Both the position numbers and the translations under genes were made by a program. From assembly GCF_056746865.1 (NCBI RefSeq), contig NZ_CM163382.1: 64,000 bases of DNA; one strand, 5' to 3'. A model generated the notes under the pieces. The model worked only from the letters and a program-made list of their open reading frames with translations. It searched no databases and was not told the origin of the DNA. How positions within the stretch are numbered: position 1 is the stretch's first letter; each line of letters begins with the position of its first letter. Positions 1 through 10,028 of this stretch are shown piece after piece.

Positions 1-1411
1 CGGGACGCAATTATCTGCAAATTACACCGCCTTTTTGTTAGGGTTGGGGCGCAACCTCGGGAACTGGGGCGCAGTGTCGCTGGATGTAACGCATGCGCGC
101 AGTCAGTTAGCCGACGACAGTCGTCATGAGGGGGATTCCATTCGCTTCCTCTATGCGAAATCAATGAACACTTTCGGCACCAATTTTCAGTTAATGGGTT
201 ACCGCTATTCGACACAAGGTTTTTATACCCTTGATGATGTTGCGTATCGTCGAATGGAGGGGTACGAATATGATTACGATTATGACGGTGAGCATCGCGA
301 TGAACCGATAATCGTGAATTACCACAATTTACGCTTTAGCCGTAAAGACCGTTTGCAGTTAAATATTTCACAATCACTTAATGACTTTGGCTCGCTTTAT
401 ATTTCTGGTACCCATCAAAAATACTGGAATACTTCGGATTCAGATACGTGGTATCAGGTGGGGTATACCAGCAGCTGGGTTGGCATCAGTTATTCGCTCT
501 CATTTTCGTGGAATGAATCTGTAGGGATTCCCGATAACGAACGTATTGTCGGACTTAATGTTTCAGTGCCTTTCAATGTTTTGACCAAACGTCGCTACAC
601 CCGGGAAAATGCGCTCGACCGCGCTTATGCCTCCTTTAACGCCAACCGTAACAGCAACGGGCAAAATAGCTGGCTGGCAGGTGTAGGTGGGACCTTACTG
701 GAAGGCCACAACCTGAGTTATCACGTAAGCCAGGGCGATACCTCGAATAATGGGTATACGGGTAGCGCTACGGCAAACTGGCAGGCCACTTACGGTACGC
801 TGGGGGTCGGGTATAACTACGACCGCGATCAACATGACGTTAACTGGCAGCTGTCTGGCGGTGTGGTCGGGCATGAAAATGGTATAACGCTGAGCCAGCC
901 TTTAGGGGATACCAATGTTTTGATTAAAGCGCCTGGCGCAGGCGGTGTACGCATTGAAAATCAAACTGGCATTTTAACCGACTGGCGCGGCTATGCGGTG
1001 ATGCCGTATGCCACGGTTTATCGGTATAACCGTATCGCGCTTGATACCAATACGATGGGGAATTCCATCGATGTTGAAAAAAATATTAGCAGCGTTGTGC
1101 CGACGCAAGGCGCGTTGGTTCGTGCCAATTTTGATACCCGCATAGGCGTGCGGGCGCTCATTACCGTTACCCAGGGCGGAAAACCGGTGCCGTTTGGATC
1201 ACTGGTACGGGAAAACAGTACCGGAATAACCAGTATGGTGGGTGATGACGGGCAAGTTTATTTAAGCGGTGCGCCATTGTCTGGTGAATTACTGGTTCAG
1301 TGGGGAGACGGTGCAAACTCACGCTGCATTGCGCACTATGTATTGCCGAAGCAAAGCTTACAGCAAGCCGTCACTGTTATTTCGGCAGTTTGCACACATC
1401 CTGGCTCATAA
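1..1411 (+). CDS. sfmD: fimbrial outer-membrane usher, C-terminal part (5' end lies outside the window)
   Basis: Frame open from window start to stop at 1409-1411; usher-like C-terminal sequence; followed by sfmH, sfmF and convergent fimZ as in the E. coli sfm operon. Confidence 0.8.
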   Translation, partial: GTQLSANYTAFLLGLGRNLGNWGAVSLDVTHARSQLADDSRHEGDSIRFLYAKSMNTFGTNFQLMGYRYSTQGFYTLDDVAYRRMEGYEYDYDYDGEHRDEPIIVNYHNLRFSRKDRLQLNISQSLNDFGSLYISGTHQKYWNTSDSDTWYQVGYTSSWVGISYSLSFSWNESVGIPDNERIVGLNVSVPFNVLTKRRYTRENALDRAYASFNANRNSNGQNSWLAGVGGTLLEGHNLSYHVSQGDTSNNGYTGSATANWQATYGTLGVGYNYDRDQHDVNWQLSGGVVGHENGITLSQPLGDTNVLIKAPGAGGVRIENQTGILTDWRGYAVMPYATVYRYNRIALDTNTMGNSIDVEKNISSVVPTQGALVRANFDTRIGVRALITVTQGGKPVPFGSLVRENSTGITSMVGDDGQVYLSGAPLSGELLVQWGDGANSRCIAHYVLPKQSLQQAVTVISAVCTHPGS

Positions 1412-1423
1412 AGGAAATTATCA

Positions 1424-2431
1424 ATGAAGATAATCTGCAGATTATTATTGGCAATGGCATGTTTGTGTCTGGCAAACATATCCTGGGCTACTGTTTGTGC
1501 AAATAGTACTGGCGTAGCAGAAGATGAACACTATGATCTCTCAAATGTCTTTAATAGCACCAATAACCAGCCAGGCCAGATTGTTGTTTTACCGGAAAAA
1601 TCCGGCTGGGTAGGTGTGTCAGCAATTTGTCCACCCGGCACGCTGGTGAATTATACATACCGTAGTTATGTCACTAACTTTATTGTTCAGGAAACTATCG
1701 ATAATTATAAATATATGCAATTAAATGATTATCTATTAGGTGCGATGAGTCTGGTTGATAGCGTGATGGATATTCAATTCCCTCCGCAAAATTATATTCG
1801 TATGGGAACAGATCCTAACGTTTCGCAAAACCTTCCGTTCGGGGTGATGGATTCTCGTTTGATATTTCGTTTAAAGGTTATTCGTCCCTTTATTAACATG
1901 GTGGAGATCCCCAGACAGGTGATGTTTACCGTGTATGTGACATCAACGCCTAACGATCCGTTGGTTACACCTGTTTATACCATTAGTTTTGGTGGCCGGG
2001 TTGAAGTACCGCAAAACTGCGAATTAAATGCCGGGCAAATTGTTGAATTTGATTTTGGTGATATCGGCGCATCGTTATTTAGTGCGGCAGGGCCGGGGAA
2101 TCGACCAGCTGGTGTCATGCCGCAAACCAAGAGCATTGCGATCAAATGTACGAATGTTGCTGCGCAGGCTTATTTAACAATGCGTCTGGAAGCCAGTGCC
2201 GTTTCTGGTCAGGCGATGGTGTCGGACAATCAGGATTTAGGTTTTATTGTGGCCGATCAGAACGATACGCCGATCACGCCTAACGATCTCAATAGCGTTA
2301 TTCCTTTCCGTCTGGATGCAGCTGCGGCAGCCAATGTCACACTTCGCGCCTGGCCTATCAGTATTACCGGTCAAAAACCGACCGAAGGGCCGTTTAGCGC
2401 GCTGGGGTATTTACGCGTCGATTATCAATGA
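1424..2431 (+). CDS. sfmH: fimbrial adhesin-like subunit
   Basis: 335-aa ORF with N-terminal signal peptide, position after the usher gene. Confidence 0.8.
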   Translation: MKIICRLLLAMACLCLANISWATVCANSTGVAEDEHYDLSNVFNSTNNQPGQIVVLPEKSGWVGVSAICPPGTLVNYTYRSYVTNFIVQETIDNYKYMQLNDYLLGAMSLVDSVMDIQFPPQNYIRMGTDPNVSQNLPFGVMDSRLIFRLKVIRPFINMVEIPRQVMFTVYVTSTPNDPLVTPVYTISFGGRVEVPQNCELNAGQIVEFDFGDIGASLFSAAGPGNRPAGVMPQTKSIAIKCTNVAAQAYLTMRLEASAVSGQAMVSDNQDLGFIVADQNDTPITPNDLNSVIPFRLDAAAAANVTLRAWPISITGQKPTEGPFSALGYLRVDYQ

Positions 2432-2441
2432 GGTACGGAGA

Positions 2442-2957
2442 ATGAGAAGAGTGCTCTTTAGCTGTTTCTGCGGGCTACTGTGGAGTTCCAGTGGATGGGC
2501 AGTTGACCCTTTAGGAACGATTAATATCAATTTGCACGGTAACGTTGTTGATTTCTCCTGTACCGTAAACACAGCGGATATTGATAAGACGGTAGATTTA
2601 GGCAGATGGCCTACGACACAACTACTGACCGCTGGCGATACCACGGCACTCGTCCCTTTTAGCCTGCGGCTGGAGGGATGTCCTCCGGGTTCAGTCGCGA
2701 TTTTATTTACGGGAACGCCGGCATCCGATACCAATCTGCTGGCTCTGGATGATCCCGCAATGGCACAAACCGTCGCCATCGAATTACGTAATAGCGATCG
2801 CTCCCGGCTCGCACTGGGGGAGGCGAGCCCGACTGAGGAAGTAGATGCAAATGGCAATGTCACACTAAACTTTTTTGCCAATTATCGAGCGTTAGCCAGC
2901 GGTGTTCAGCCAGGTGTGGCGAAAGCGGATGCGATATTTATGATCAATTATAATTAA
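2442..2957 (+). CDS. sfmF: minor fimbrial subunit
   Basis: ATG at 2442 preceded by GGAG; 171-aa product with signal peptide; longer ORF 2247-2957 rejected as upstream extension. Confidence 0.8.
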   Translation: MRRVLFSCFCGLLWSSSGWAVDPLGTININLHGNVVDFSCTVNTADIDKTVDLGRWPTTQLLTAGDTTALVPFSLRLEGCPPGSVAILFTGTPASDTNLLALDDPAMAQTVAIELRNSDRSRLALGEASPTEEVDANGNVTLNFFANYRALASGVQPGVAKADAIFMINYN

Positions 2958-2959
2958 TA

Positions 2960-3592
2960 TTATATTAATTCATATAATTTGGCGTAGTCGATAAGCTCTA
3001 CAATTGAATGCAATCCTAGCTTGCCATAAATATTAGATTTATGCGCACTAACTGTTTTATTGCTAAGTAATAACTTATCGGCAATTTCTTTATTAGATAA
3101 TCCGCTGACCAGATAACGTAATATCGTCACTTCACGATTAGATAGCACAGTGATCGTTGAACTATTCGTGCTACATTTATTGCTTTTTATATAGTTGAGC
3201 GTTTCGCTGGGAAAAAAAGTGTATCCGGAGAGGATCATCTGAACGGCATGAAAAATATCATTCTGATCATTGCATTTACTGACAAAACCGTTAGCACCAG
3301 CTTGTATCGCTCTGCCAGCATAAAAGCATTCTGATTTCGATGATAAAAATAATACTTTCACTGTGCTCTGGATTTGTTTGATCCTTTTCAGGAAGGTAAA
3401 ACCGTCTGTTCCGGGCAAGTCTATATCCATAATGATTAAATCAACAGGACGGGTTCGGAGATAATCGATGGTTATGCGATAATCATCCGTTTTCAGGACA
3501 ATTTGCAATTCACTGTTTTTTTGCAACAGAACTTCAATAGACATTCTGATGATAGGATGAGTATCCATAATGATCACCGACGTTGGTTTCAT
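2960..3592 (-). CDS. fimZ: LuxR-family two-component response regulator
   Basis: Start taken at MKPTSVIIMD (receiver domain with DLIIMDIDLPGTDG) and C-terminal LuxR HTH; ORF track gives a longer upstream extension. Confidence 0.85.
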   Translation of the reverse strand: MKPTSVIIMDTHPIIRMSIEVLLQKNSELQIVLKTDDYRITIDYLRTRPVDLIIMDIDLPGTDGFTFLKRIKQIQSTVKVLFLSSKSECFYAGRAIQAGANGFVSKCNDQNDIFHAVQMILSGYTFFPSETLNYIKSNKCSTNSSTITVLSNREVTILRYLVSGLSNKEIADKLLLSNKTVSAHKSNIYGKLGLHSIVELIDYAKLYELI

Positions 3593-3834
3593 AGTTACCA
3601 GTCTCATAGGATCGGACAATTTTCCGTTAGGGCGGGAAATTGTACTTTGATACATGAAAATACGGGTTTTCTTGATTCAGACGCGCAGCGGTGTACGTTT
3701 GTTTGCCGCTATAGCGAAATAAATCAGAAAATCAGACGCGGTCGTTCACTTGTTCAGCAACCAGATCAAAAGCCATTGACTCAGCAAGGGTTGACCGTAT
3801 AATTCACGCGATTACACCGCATTGCGGTATCAAC

Positions 3835-3911
3835 GCGCCCTTAGCTCAGTTGGATAGAGCAACGACCTTCTAAGTCGTGGGCCGCAGGTTCGAATCCTGC
3901 AGGGCGCGCCA
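3835..3911 (+). tRNA. argU: tRNA-Arg (anticodon UCU)
   Basis: 77-nt cloverleaf GCGCCCTTAGCTCAGTTGGATAGAGC...TTCGAATCCTGCAGGGCGCGCCA with UCU anticodon; 3' 45 nt repeated at 50407-50451. Confidence 0.95.
3867..3911 (+). repeat. attL core (3' part of argU)
   Basis: 45-bp sequence cttctaagtcgtgggccgcaggttcgaatcctgcagggcgcgcca repeated at 50407-50451; integrase gene adjacent. Confidence 0.85.
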
Positions 3912-3926
3912 TTACAATTCAATCAG

Positions 3927-5090
3927 TTACGCCTTCTTTATATCCTCCATAATTCCAGAGTGGGACATATTTGGGACATTATCACCAAAAATGTCGTCTA
4001 TTTTCCTCGCATGCTCTGTCAAATGATTAGGCGCAAGGTGAGCATACCTACGAACCATTTCTATGGACTCCCATCCGCCCATTTCCTGAAGCACTGATAA
4101 TGGGACGCCTGACTGAATCAGCCAGCTTGCCCAGGTGTGTCTGAGGTCATGGAAACGGAAATCTTCAATTCCTGCACGACGACAAGCTGATAGCCATGAT
4201 GTCTTGCTGTCGATGCGCATCTTCCTGACCGCAGGCGTTGATGTTCCATCTGCTCGCTTAGCCGCCTTGGTATGTACAAACACCCATTTGTGATGCTTGC
4301 CTATTTGATCACGCAACACTTTACAGGCGGTATCGTTCAGCGCCACACCAATGGCGCGGTTTGATTTGCTCTCTTCTGGATTCACCCAGGCAACTCGTCG
4401 CTGCATGTCGATTTGTTGCCATTCCAGATTTATGATGTTCGACTTTCTCAGACCAGTTGCCAGCGCAAACTTGACGACAGATTTCAGTGGTTCGGGGCAC
4501 TCATCAATAAGGCGTTTTGCTTCCTCCTTTTCCAGCCATCTGACTCGCTTGTTTCTGACCGCTGGTATCTTGATGACAGGCGCTTTTTCCAGCCACTTCC
4601 AGTCGCGTTCTGCAGCACGGAGAATGGCCTTTATCATGGCAAGATGCTTTGCCTTTGTCTGAGTTGATACTGGCTTTGGTTCATAAACAGGCAGTTCTTT
4701 ACCTTTCCTGATGGCGGCCTGAACTTTCTGTTTCCATATTTCTTTCGTCTTTCTGTTATGCATTCTGCTTACAGCAGAGTAAATCTTTGCCTCCGAGATA
4801 TCTTTAAGCCTTATACCCTCAAAATGTTCAAGCCAGAACTCAATCCGGCTTTTATCTGAATCGAGAGATTTTTTATCAGCTTTTTCCTCAAGCCATCTTA
4901 GGCAGGCCTCTTCAAAAGTGACATCAGGTAAATCCCCTAGCTTTTCTACTCGCCAGAGTTCTGCTTTTCGCTTGTCGTGCAACTCCTGAGCTTGCCGCTT
5001 GTCCTTTGTGCCAAGAGATTCCTTAATTCGTTTCCCGCCCGGGAGCGAATACGAGGCATACCATATTTCATTTCTGCGGAAGAGTGACAT
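3927..5090 (-). CDS. intD: tyrosine recombinase / prophage integrase (argU-site type)
   Basis: 387-aa ORF with C-terminal catalytic region (HDLRHTWAS...RYAH) immediately next to tRNA attL. Confidence 0.9.
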   Translation of the reverse strand: MSLFRRNEIWYASYSLPGGKRIKESLGTKDKRQAQELHDKRKAELWRVEKLGDLPDVTFEEACLRWLEEKADKKSLDSDKSRIEFWLEHFEGIRLKDISEAKIYSAVSRMHNRKTKEIWKQKVQAAIRKGKELPVYEPKPVSTQTKAKHLAMIKAILRAAERDWKWLEKAPVIKIPAVRNKRVRWLEKEEAKRLIDECPEPLKSVVKFALATGLRKSNIINLEWQQIDMQRRVAWVNPEESKSNRAIGVALNDTACKVLRDQIGKHHKWVFVHTKAAKRADGTSTPAVRKMRIDSKTSWLSACRRAGIEDFRFHDLRHTWASWLIQSGVPLSVLQEMGGWESIEMVRRYAHLAPNHLTEHARKIDDIFGDNVPNMSHSGIMEDIKKA

Positions 5091-5317
5091 TTTCTTTCCT
5101 CTGTTATGCCATCACCCGCGCTCACCTGGACAGTATGCAGCGGAGACTGAAGCGCCGCAATGCAGGCTTGCCGTGTTGTGAGGTAAGGAGATTTTGGCTT
5201 GGTTGGATCTTTACGTGTTGCCTGTAGGCGGCCTGTTCGTATCCAGTTGGTGGCGGTTGGTCTGGATATCTTAAGAAACTGACAGGCCTCATCGAGTGTG
5301 AGGCTGTATGATTCCAT
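4946..5317 (-). CDS. xis: excisionase / AlpA-like HTH DNA-binding protein
   Basis: HTH segment [26 protein letters not shown]; overlaps int start; exact start and extent uncertain. Confidence 0.5.
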   Translation of the reverse strand: MESYSLTLDEACQFLKISRPTATNWIRTGRLQATRKDPTKPKSPYLTTRQACIAALQSPLHTVQVSAGDGITEERKCHSSAEMKYGMPRIRSRAGNELRNLLAQRTSGKLRSCTTSEKQNSGE

Positions 5318-5567
5318 GGTTACCTCTGCTTTTTGAACGCATGTCACGTAACTTCTTAATGTGTTCTGCCGTTTCGATCTCTTCTGCTATCCGATCTGCA
5401 TCAGCTTTATTCACAGGTTCAAAGTCATGATTAAAGCGGAACATGCTGGCGATACATGTTCTGCCTTTTCGGATGTAGTGAACTTTGTTGTGGGTAGAAC
5501 GCAGGATTTTGCAGGGAGTGCCGTGGTGGTCGACGTACCAGGTGTTAGGAAAAATGATTCTGAACAT
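5289..5567 (-). CDS. hypothetical early protein
   Basis: ORF in leftward early operon between xis and exo; boundaries uncertain. Confidence 0.35.
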   Translation of the reverse strand: MFRIIFPNTWYVDHHGTPCKILRSTHNKVHYIRKGRTCIASMFRFNHDFEPVNKADADRIAEEIETAEHIKKLRDMRSKSRGNHGIIQPHTR

Positions 5568-5614
5568 TTTTACACCTCAGTTGGACGATGTTGAAATTTG
5601 CTGCTTTGAGGCCA

Positions 5615-5833
5615 TCATAGTCCCCATTGTTTGTTCTTAAGTTCGATCTCCTCCTGGCAACTTGCACAAGTCCGACAACCCTGAACAGCCAGGCGTCTTC
5701 GCTCATCTATCGGATCGCCACACTCACAACAATGAGTTGCGGATACAGTCTGGTAGTTCAGACGACGCATTTTTATTGCTGTATTGCGCTGTAATTCTTC
5801 GATTTCTGATGCTGAATCAATGATGTCTGCCAT
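5615..5833 (-). CDS. TraR/DksA-family C4 zinc-finger protein
   Basis: 72-aa product with CxxC-x17-CxxC (CCECGD...CRTCASC) typical of phage TraR-like proteins. Confidence 0.7.
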   Translation of the reverse strand: MADIIDSASEIEELQRNTAIKMRRLNYQTVSATHCCECGDPIDERRRLAVQGCRTCASCQEEIELKNKQWGL

Positions 5834-5925
5834 CTTCCATTAATCCCTGAATTGTTGGTTAATACGCTTGAGGATGAATGCGAACAATAAAAAAGGAGCC
5901 TGTAGCTCCCTGATGATTTTGCTTT

Positions 5926-6147
5926 TCATGTTAACCGTTCCTTAAAGACGCCGTTTAACATGCCGATCGCCAGGCTTAAATGAGTCGGTGTGAATCCCAT
6001 CAGCGTTACCGTTTCACGGTGCTTCTTCAGTACGCTACGGCAAATGTCATCGACGTTTTTATCCGGAAACTGCTGTCTGGCTTTTTTGATTTCAGAATTA
6101 GCCTGACGGGCAATGCTGCGAAGGGCGTTTTCCTGCTGAGGTGTCAT
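5926..6147 (-). CDS. hypothetical early protein
   Basis: ORF in early-left operon; start chosen at internal Met (MTPQQENAL); ORF track extends to 6243. Confidence 0.4.
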   Translation of the reverse strand: MTPQQENALRSIARQANSEIKKARQQFPDKNVDDICRSVLKKHRETVTLMGFTPTHLSLAIGMLNGVFKERLT

Positions 6148-6223
6148 TGAACAAGTCCCATGTCGGCAAGCATAAGCACACAGAATATGAAGCCCGCTGC
6201 CAGAAAAATGCATTCCGTGGCTG

Positions 6224-6415
6224 TCATACCGGGTCTCTCTCATCTGCTTCTGCTTTCGCCACCATCATTTCCAGCTTTTGTGAAAGGGATGCGGCTAACG
6301 TATGAAATTCTTCGTCTGTTTCTACTGGTATTGGCACAAACCTGACTCCAATTTGAGCAAGGCTATGTGCCATCTCAATACTCGTTCTTAACTCAACAGG
6401 AGATGCTTTGTGCAT
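6224..6415 (-). CDS. hypothetical early protein
   Basis: 63-aa ORF directly downstream of exo on same strand. Confidence 0.4.
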   Translation of the reverse strand: MHKASPVELRTSIEMAHSLAQIGVRFVPIPVETDEEFHTLAASLSQKLEMMVAKAEADERDPV

Positions 6416-6566
6416 ACCGCCTCCCGTTTATTATTTATCTTCTCAGCCAGCCGCTGTGCTTTCAGGGGATTTCTGATAACAGAAAGGCCGGGAAATACCC
6501 AGCCTCGCTTTGTAATGGAGTAGACGAAAGTGATCGCGCCTACCCGGATATTATCGTGAGGATGCG

Positions 6567-7247
6567 TCATCGCCATTGCTCCCCAAATACAAAACCAATT
6601 TCAGCCAGTGCCTCGTCCATTTTTTCGATGAACTCCGGCACCATCTCGTCAAAACTCGCCATGTAATTTTCATCCCGCTCAACCACGACATAATGCAGGC
6701 CTTCACGCTTCATTCGTGGGTCATAGTTGGCAAAGTACCAGGCATCTTTTCGCGTCACCCACATGCTGTACTGCACCTGGGCCATGTAAGCCGACTTTAT
6801 GGCCTCGAAACCACCGAGCCGGAATTTCATGAAATCCCGGGAGGTAAACGGGCATTTCAGTTCAAGGCCGTTGCCGTCACTGCATAAACCATCGGGAGAG
6901 CAGGCGGTGCGCATACTTTCGTCGCGATAGATGATCGGGGATTCAGTAACATTCACGCCGGAAGTAAACTCAAACAGGGCTCTGGCGTCGTTCTCGTACT
7001 GTTTTCCCCAGGCCAGCGCCTTAGCATTAACTTCCGGAGCCACACCGGTGCAAACCTCAGCCAGCAGGGTGTGGAAGTAGGACATTTTCATGTCAGGCCA
7101 CTTCTTTCCTGAGCGGGGCTTTGCTATCACGTTGTGAACTTCTGAAGCGGTGATGACGCCGAGCCGTAATTTGTGCCATGCATCATCCCCCTGTTCGACA
7201 GCTCTCACGTCGATCCCGGTACGCTGCAGGATAATGTCCGGTGTCAT
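6567..7247 (-). CDS. exo: lambda-type exonuclease (Red alpha)
   Basis: 226-aa product recognised as near-identical to lambda Exo ([25 protein letters not shown]...). Confidence 0.95.
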   Translation of the reverse strand: MTPDIILQRTGIDVRAVEQGDDAWHKLRLGVITASEVHNVIAKPRSGKKWPDMKMSYFHTLLAEVCTGVAPEVNAKALAWGKQYENDARALFEFTSGVNVTESPIIYRDESMRTACSPDGLCSDGNGLELKCPFTSRDFMKFRLGGFEAIKSAYMAQVQYSMWVTRKDAWYFANYDPRMKREGLHYVVVERDENYMASFDEMVPEFIEKMDEALAEIGFVFGEQWR

Positions 7248-8029
7248 GCTGCCACCTTCTGCTCAGTGGCTTTCTGTTTCAGGAATCCAAGAGCTTTCAC
7301 TGCTTCGGCCTGTGTCAGTTCTGACGATGCGCGAATGTCGCGGCGAAATATCTGGGAACAGAGCGGCAATAAGTCGTCATCCCATGTTTTATCCAGGGCG
7401 ATCAGCAGAGTGTTAATCTCCTGCATGGTTTCATCGTTAACCGGAGTGATGTCGCGTTCCGGCTGACGTTCTGCAGTGTATGCGGTATTTTCGACAATGC
7501 GCTCGGCTTCATCCTTGTCATAGATACCAGCAAATCCGAAGGCCAGACGGGCACACTGAATCATGGCTTTATGACGTAACATCCGTTTGGGATGCGACTG
7601 CCACGGTCCGGTGATTTCTCTGCCTTCGCGGGTTTTGAATGGTTCGCGGCGGCATTCATCCATCCACTCGGTAACGCAGATCGGATGATTGCGGTCCTTG
7701 CGGTAAATCCGGCATGTGCAGGATTCATTGTCCTGCTCAAAGTCCATACCATCAAACTGCTGGTTTTCATTGATGATGCGGGACCAGCCATCAACGCCCA
7801 CCACCGGAACGATGCCATTCTGCTTATCAGGAAAGGCGTAAATTTCTTTCGTCCATGGATTAAGGCCGTACTGGTTGGCAACGATCAGTAATGCGATGAA
7901 CTGCGCATCGCTGGCATCACCTTTAAATGCCGTCTGGCGAAGAGTGGTGATCAGTTCCTGTGGGTCGACAGAATCCATGCCGACACGTTCAGCCAGCTTC
8001 CCTGCCAGCGTTGCGAGTGCTGTACTCAT
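7244..8029 (-). CDS. bet: recombination protein Bet (Red beta)
   Basis: 261-aa product recognised as lambda Bet; 4-bp overlap with exo. Confidence 0.95.
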   Translation of the reverse strand: MSTALATLAGKLAERVGMDSVDPQELITTLRQTAFKGDASDAQFIALLIVANQYGLNPWTKEIYAFPDKQNGIVPVVGVDGWSRIINENQQFDGMDFEQDNESCTCRIYRKDRNHPICVTEWMDECRREPFKTREGREITGPWQSHPKRMLRHKAMIQCARLAFGFAGIYDKDEAERIVENTAYTAERQPERDITPVNDETMQEINTLLIALDKTWDDDLLPLCSQIFRRDIRASSELTQAEAVKALGFLKQKATEQKVAA

Positions 8030-8034
8030 CCGTT

Positions 8035-8331
8035 TTATACCTCTGAATCAATATCAACCTGGTGGTGAGCAATGGTTTCAACCATGTACCGGATGTGTTC
8101 TGCCATGCGCTCCTGAAACTCAACATCGTCATCAAACGCACGGGTAATGGCTTTTTTGCTGGCCCCGTGGCGTTGCAAATGATCGATGCATAGCGATTCA
8201 AACAGGTGCTGGGGCAGGCCTTTTTCCATGTCGTCTGCCAGTTCTGCCTCTTTCTCTTCACGGGCGATCTGCTGGTAGTGACGCGCCCAGCTCTGAGCCT
8301 CAAGACGATCCTGAATGTAATAAGCGTTCAT
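8035..8331 (-). CDS. gam: RecBCD inhibitor Gam (98-aa short form)
   Basis: [21 protein letters not shown]... matches lambda GamS. Confidence 0.9.
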   Translation of the reverse strand: MNAYYIQDRLEAQSWARHYQQIAREEKEAELADDMEKGLPQHLFESLCIDHLQRHGASKKAITRAFDDDVEFQERMAEHIRYMVETIAHHQVDIDSEV

Positions 8332-8406
8332 GGCTGAACTCCTGAAAATGGCTGTGAAAAAATCGCCCGCGGAATGCCAGGCTGATTCGGAAAACAGGAA
8401 AGGGGA

Positions 8407-8697
8407 TTAGTGATTCAGACCGTTGCCGCGTCCGTCGAGAAAAACTTCCACGAGCAAGTCACGGGTATAAGTGCGCTCAATGCCGCGATGCAGATAAAGT
8501 CGTCCGCGTAAATTAGCTGATGCAGTCCAGGTACCATCTTTGCGTTTGACCAGCATTCCTGGCATGACCGCACCGCGATTAACGGTCTGCGTTCCGTAAT
8601 GTTGATGAACCATAAAAACTCCTGCCCGTAAGCTGGGCTGCTGAACATATAAAGACTTCTGCGCGTATTCAGGCGGTGGATGGCCGCCGGTTGTCAT
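8407..8697 (-). CDS. hypothetical protein, first gene of leftward early operon
   Basis: 96-aa ORF directly downstream of the putative pL/OL region; an alternative 77-aa frame (8415-8648) overlaps. Confidence 0.35.
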   Translation of the reverse strand: MTTGGHPPPEYAQKSLYVQQPSLRAGVFMVHQHYGTQTVNRGAVMPGMLVKRKDGTWTASANLRGRLYLHRGIERTYTRDLLVEVFLDGRGNGLNH

Positions 8698-8879
8698 AAC
8701 TAAGCCGCCTCGTTGAAGCGACTAAGGTATGAAATGTTGAGTTGATTTCAGCTGGTCACACCGACGTTCACGCGTCCGTTTCATCCCTCGCACTCCCCGA
8801 AGCCTGCTGAAATTCAAGCTGCGGATCTAAGCGGTCATCGCAACGGTGAATCAGGTAGTTGCCGTATCGTTGTGTTGTT

Positions 8880-8960
8880 GCGATGAACTTATTTAAAACT
8901 ATAGTTGTTTTATCGTCAACAACAAAAGTTGTTTTATTGGTTGTTTTAGATATAACTGGT
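8880..8960 (-). promoter_or_regulatory. leftward early promoter/operator region (pL/OL analogue)
   Basis: Palindromes GTTGTTTTATCGTCAACAAC and AACAACAAAAGTTGTT overlapping a minus-strand TTGACG-17-TTAAAT promoter-like sequence. Confidence 0.55.
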
Positions 8961-9054
8961 TGTATTTAGGATGGATTTATTTTGTGACTTGAATCGCATA
9001 GCGATAACTGAAGCGAGGTTATGGTGGTTTTTTTAACGGTGTGTGTGATGAGGG

Positions 9055-9087
9055 GAGGGCAAAAGAAAACCCGGCACGGTGGCCGGG
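9055..9087 (-). terminator. rho-independent terminator closing the repressor operon
   Basis: Minus-strand stem CCCGGC-CACCGT-GCCGGG followed by TTTTCTTTT, 9 bp past the stop of the 310-aa gene. Confidence 0.7.
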
Positions 9088-9095
9088 TAGCATCA

Positions 9096-10028
9096 CTATT
9101 CGATTTTTTTAACCATGTAGTTACGTCGTGATGTTCCTAATCTTTCATTGTGAATCTCAGAAACGCTTACTACGAGCGATATTCGTTCACCAACTTTATA
9201 TTTACTTTGAATTTCTCCTAACATATCAATCGGATAAGAAGCCTTTATTTTTCCAAGCTCGCTTGCAATCTCCAATTTCCCGTACATGGATAAAATAGCA
9301 AGTTCGCCTGATATATGCTCATCCGGTAGCTGAATGACCTTCGTTAAAGCTAAGCGAGCATTCAGTTTTTTTATATCTTCTGAAGAAATTGACACTTGTC
9401 TGGTACCATCACTTAAAGGTCCAATCCAAGTAAGATCAAAGTTAAGACTATATTTTTCGCACTCATTTATGATGTTTTTTAGGTTAGCTGTTGATTGCGA
9501 ACCAATTTCGGCAATTTTAGCCGTGAATGTTTCTTCATCAATGGATGAGAGTAGTGCAAAAATCTCCTTAACAGCATGACTGGATACTGTTTCGATGAGC
9601 TCGCAAGAACCAGTAGAAAAAGTAACACCTAACTTCGTCGAACCTGGACGCAAGTCTGCCAATCTCATGTCTAATGATTTTTTAACATCAATCGGCACAC
9701 GACTAGAATCTTTCCCAGATCCAAGTCGGTAAACTGCTTTCTGTACAAGGGATGCGAGATTACCTGAAATTACAGATAGAATATCTAACGGAATAGACCC
9801 GAAATCGACCAAAACACCTTTTAATCTCAACTCCATGAAATCACGTAAAGGATGTTGGTTATCGATTGCACGTTGTCTCTCTCGGAGATCGCTCAGATGG
9901 GAGTCAAGTGATCTAAATATAATGTCATCAGCAAATGATCTCCCCTTATTTTGAGCAAGCAGATCCACATCGCGTTGAATGAACGCAATTCGCTCCTTGA
10001 GGGAGTTGAATGTTTTTTCTTCGCTCAT
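9096..10028 (-). CDS. hypothetical 310-aa protein, second gene of repressor-linked cargo operon
   Basis: AT-rich ORF, start overlaps upstream gene stop by 4 bp; no recognisable motif; occupies the rexAB-equivalent position. Confidence 0.7.
   Translation of the reverse strand: MSEEKTFNSLKERIAFIQRDVDLLAQNKGRSFADDIIFRSLDSHLSDLRERQRAIDNQHPLRDFMELRLKGVLVDFGSIPLDILSVISGNLASLVQKAVYRLGSGKDSSRVPIDVKKSLDMRLADLRPGSTKLGVTFSTGSCELIETVSSHAVKEIFALLSSIDEETFTAKIAEIGSQSTANLKNIINECEKYSLNFDLTWIGPLSDGTRQVSISSEDIKKLNARLALTKVIQLPDEHISGELAILSMYGKLEIASELGKIKASYPIDMLGEIQSKYKVGERISLVVSVSEIHNERLGTSRRNYMVKKIE

Noticed and set aside
3503-3802. 99-aa plus-strand ORF overlapping the fimZ start
   Set aside because: Antisense to fimZ and running into the argU leader.
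8407-8697. Idea that the 96-aa ORF is the N antiterminator
   Set aside because: No Arg-rich N-terminal RNA-binding motif and no resemblance to lambda N; left as hypothetical.
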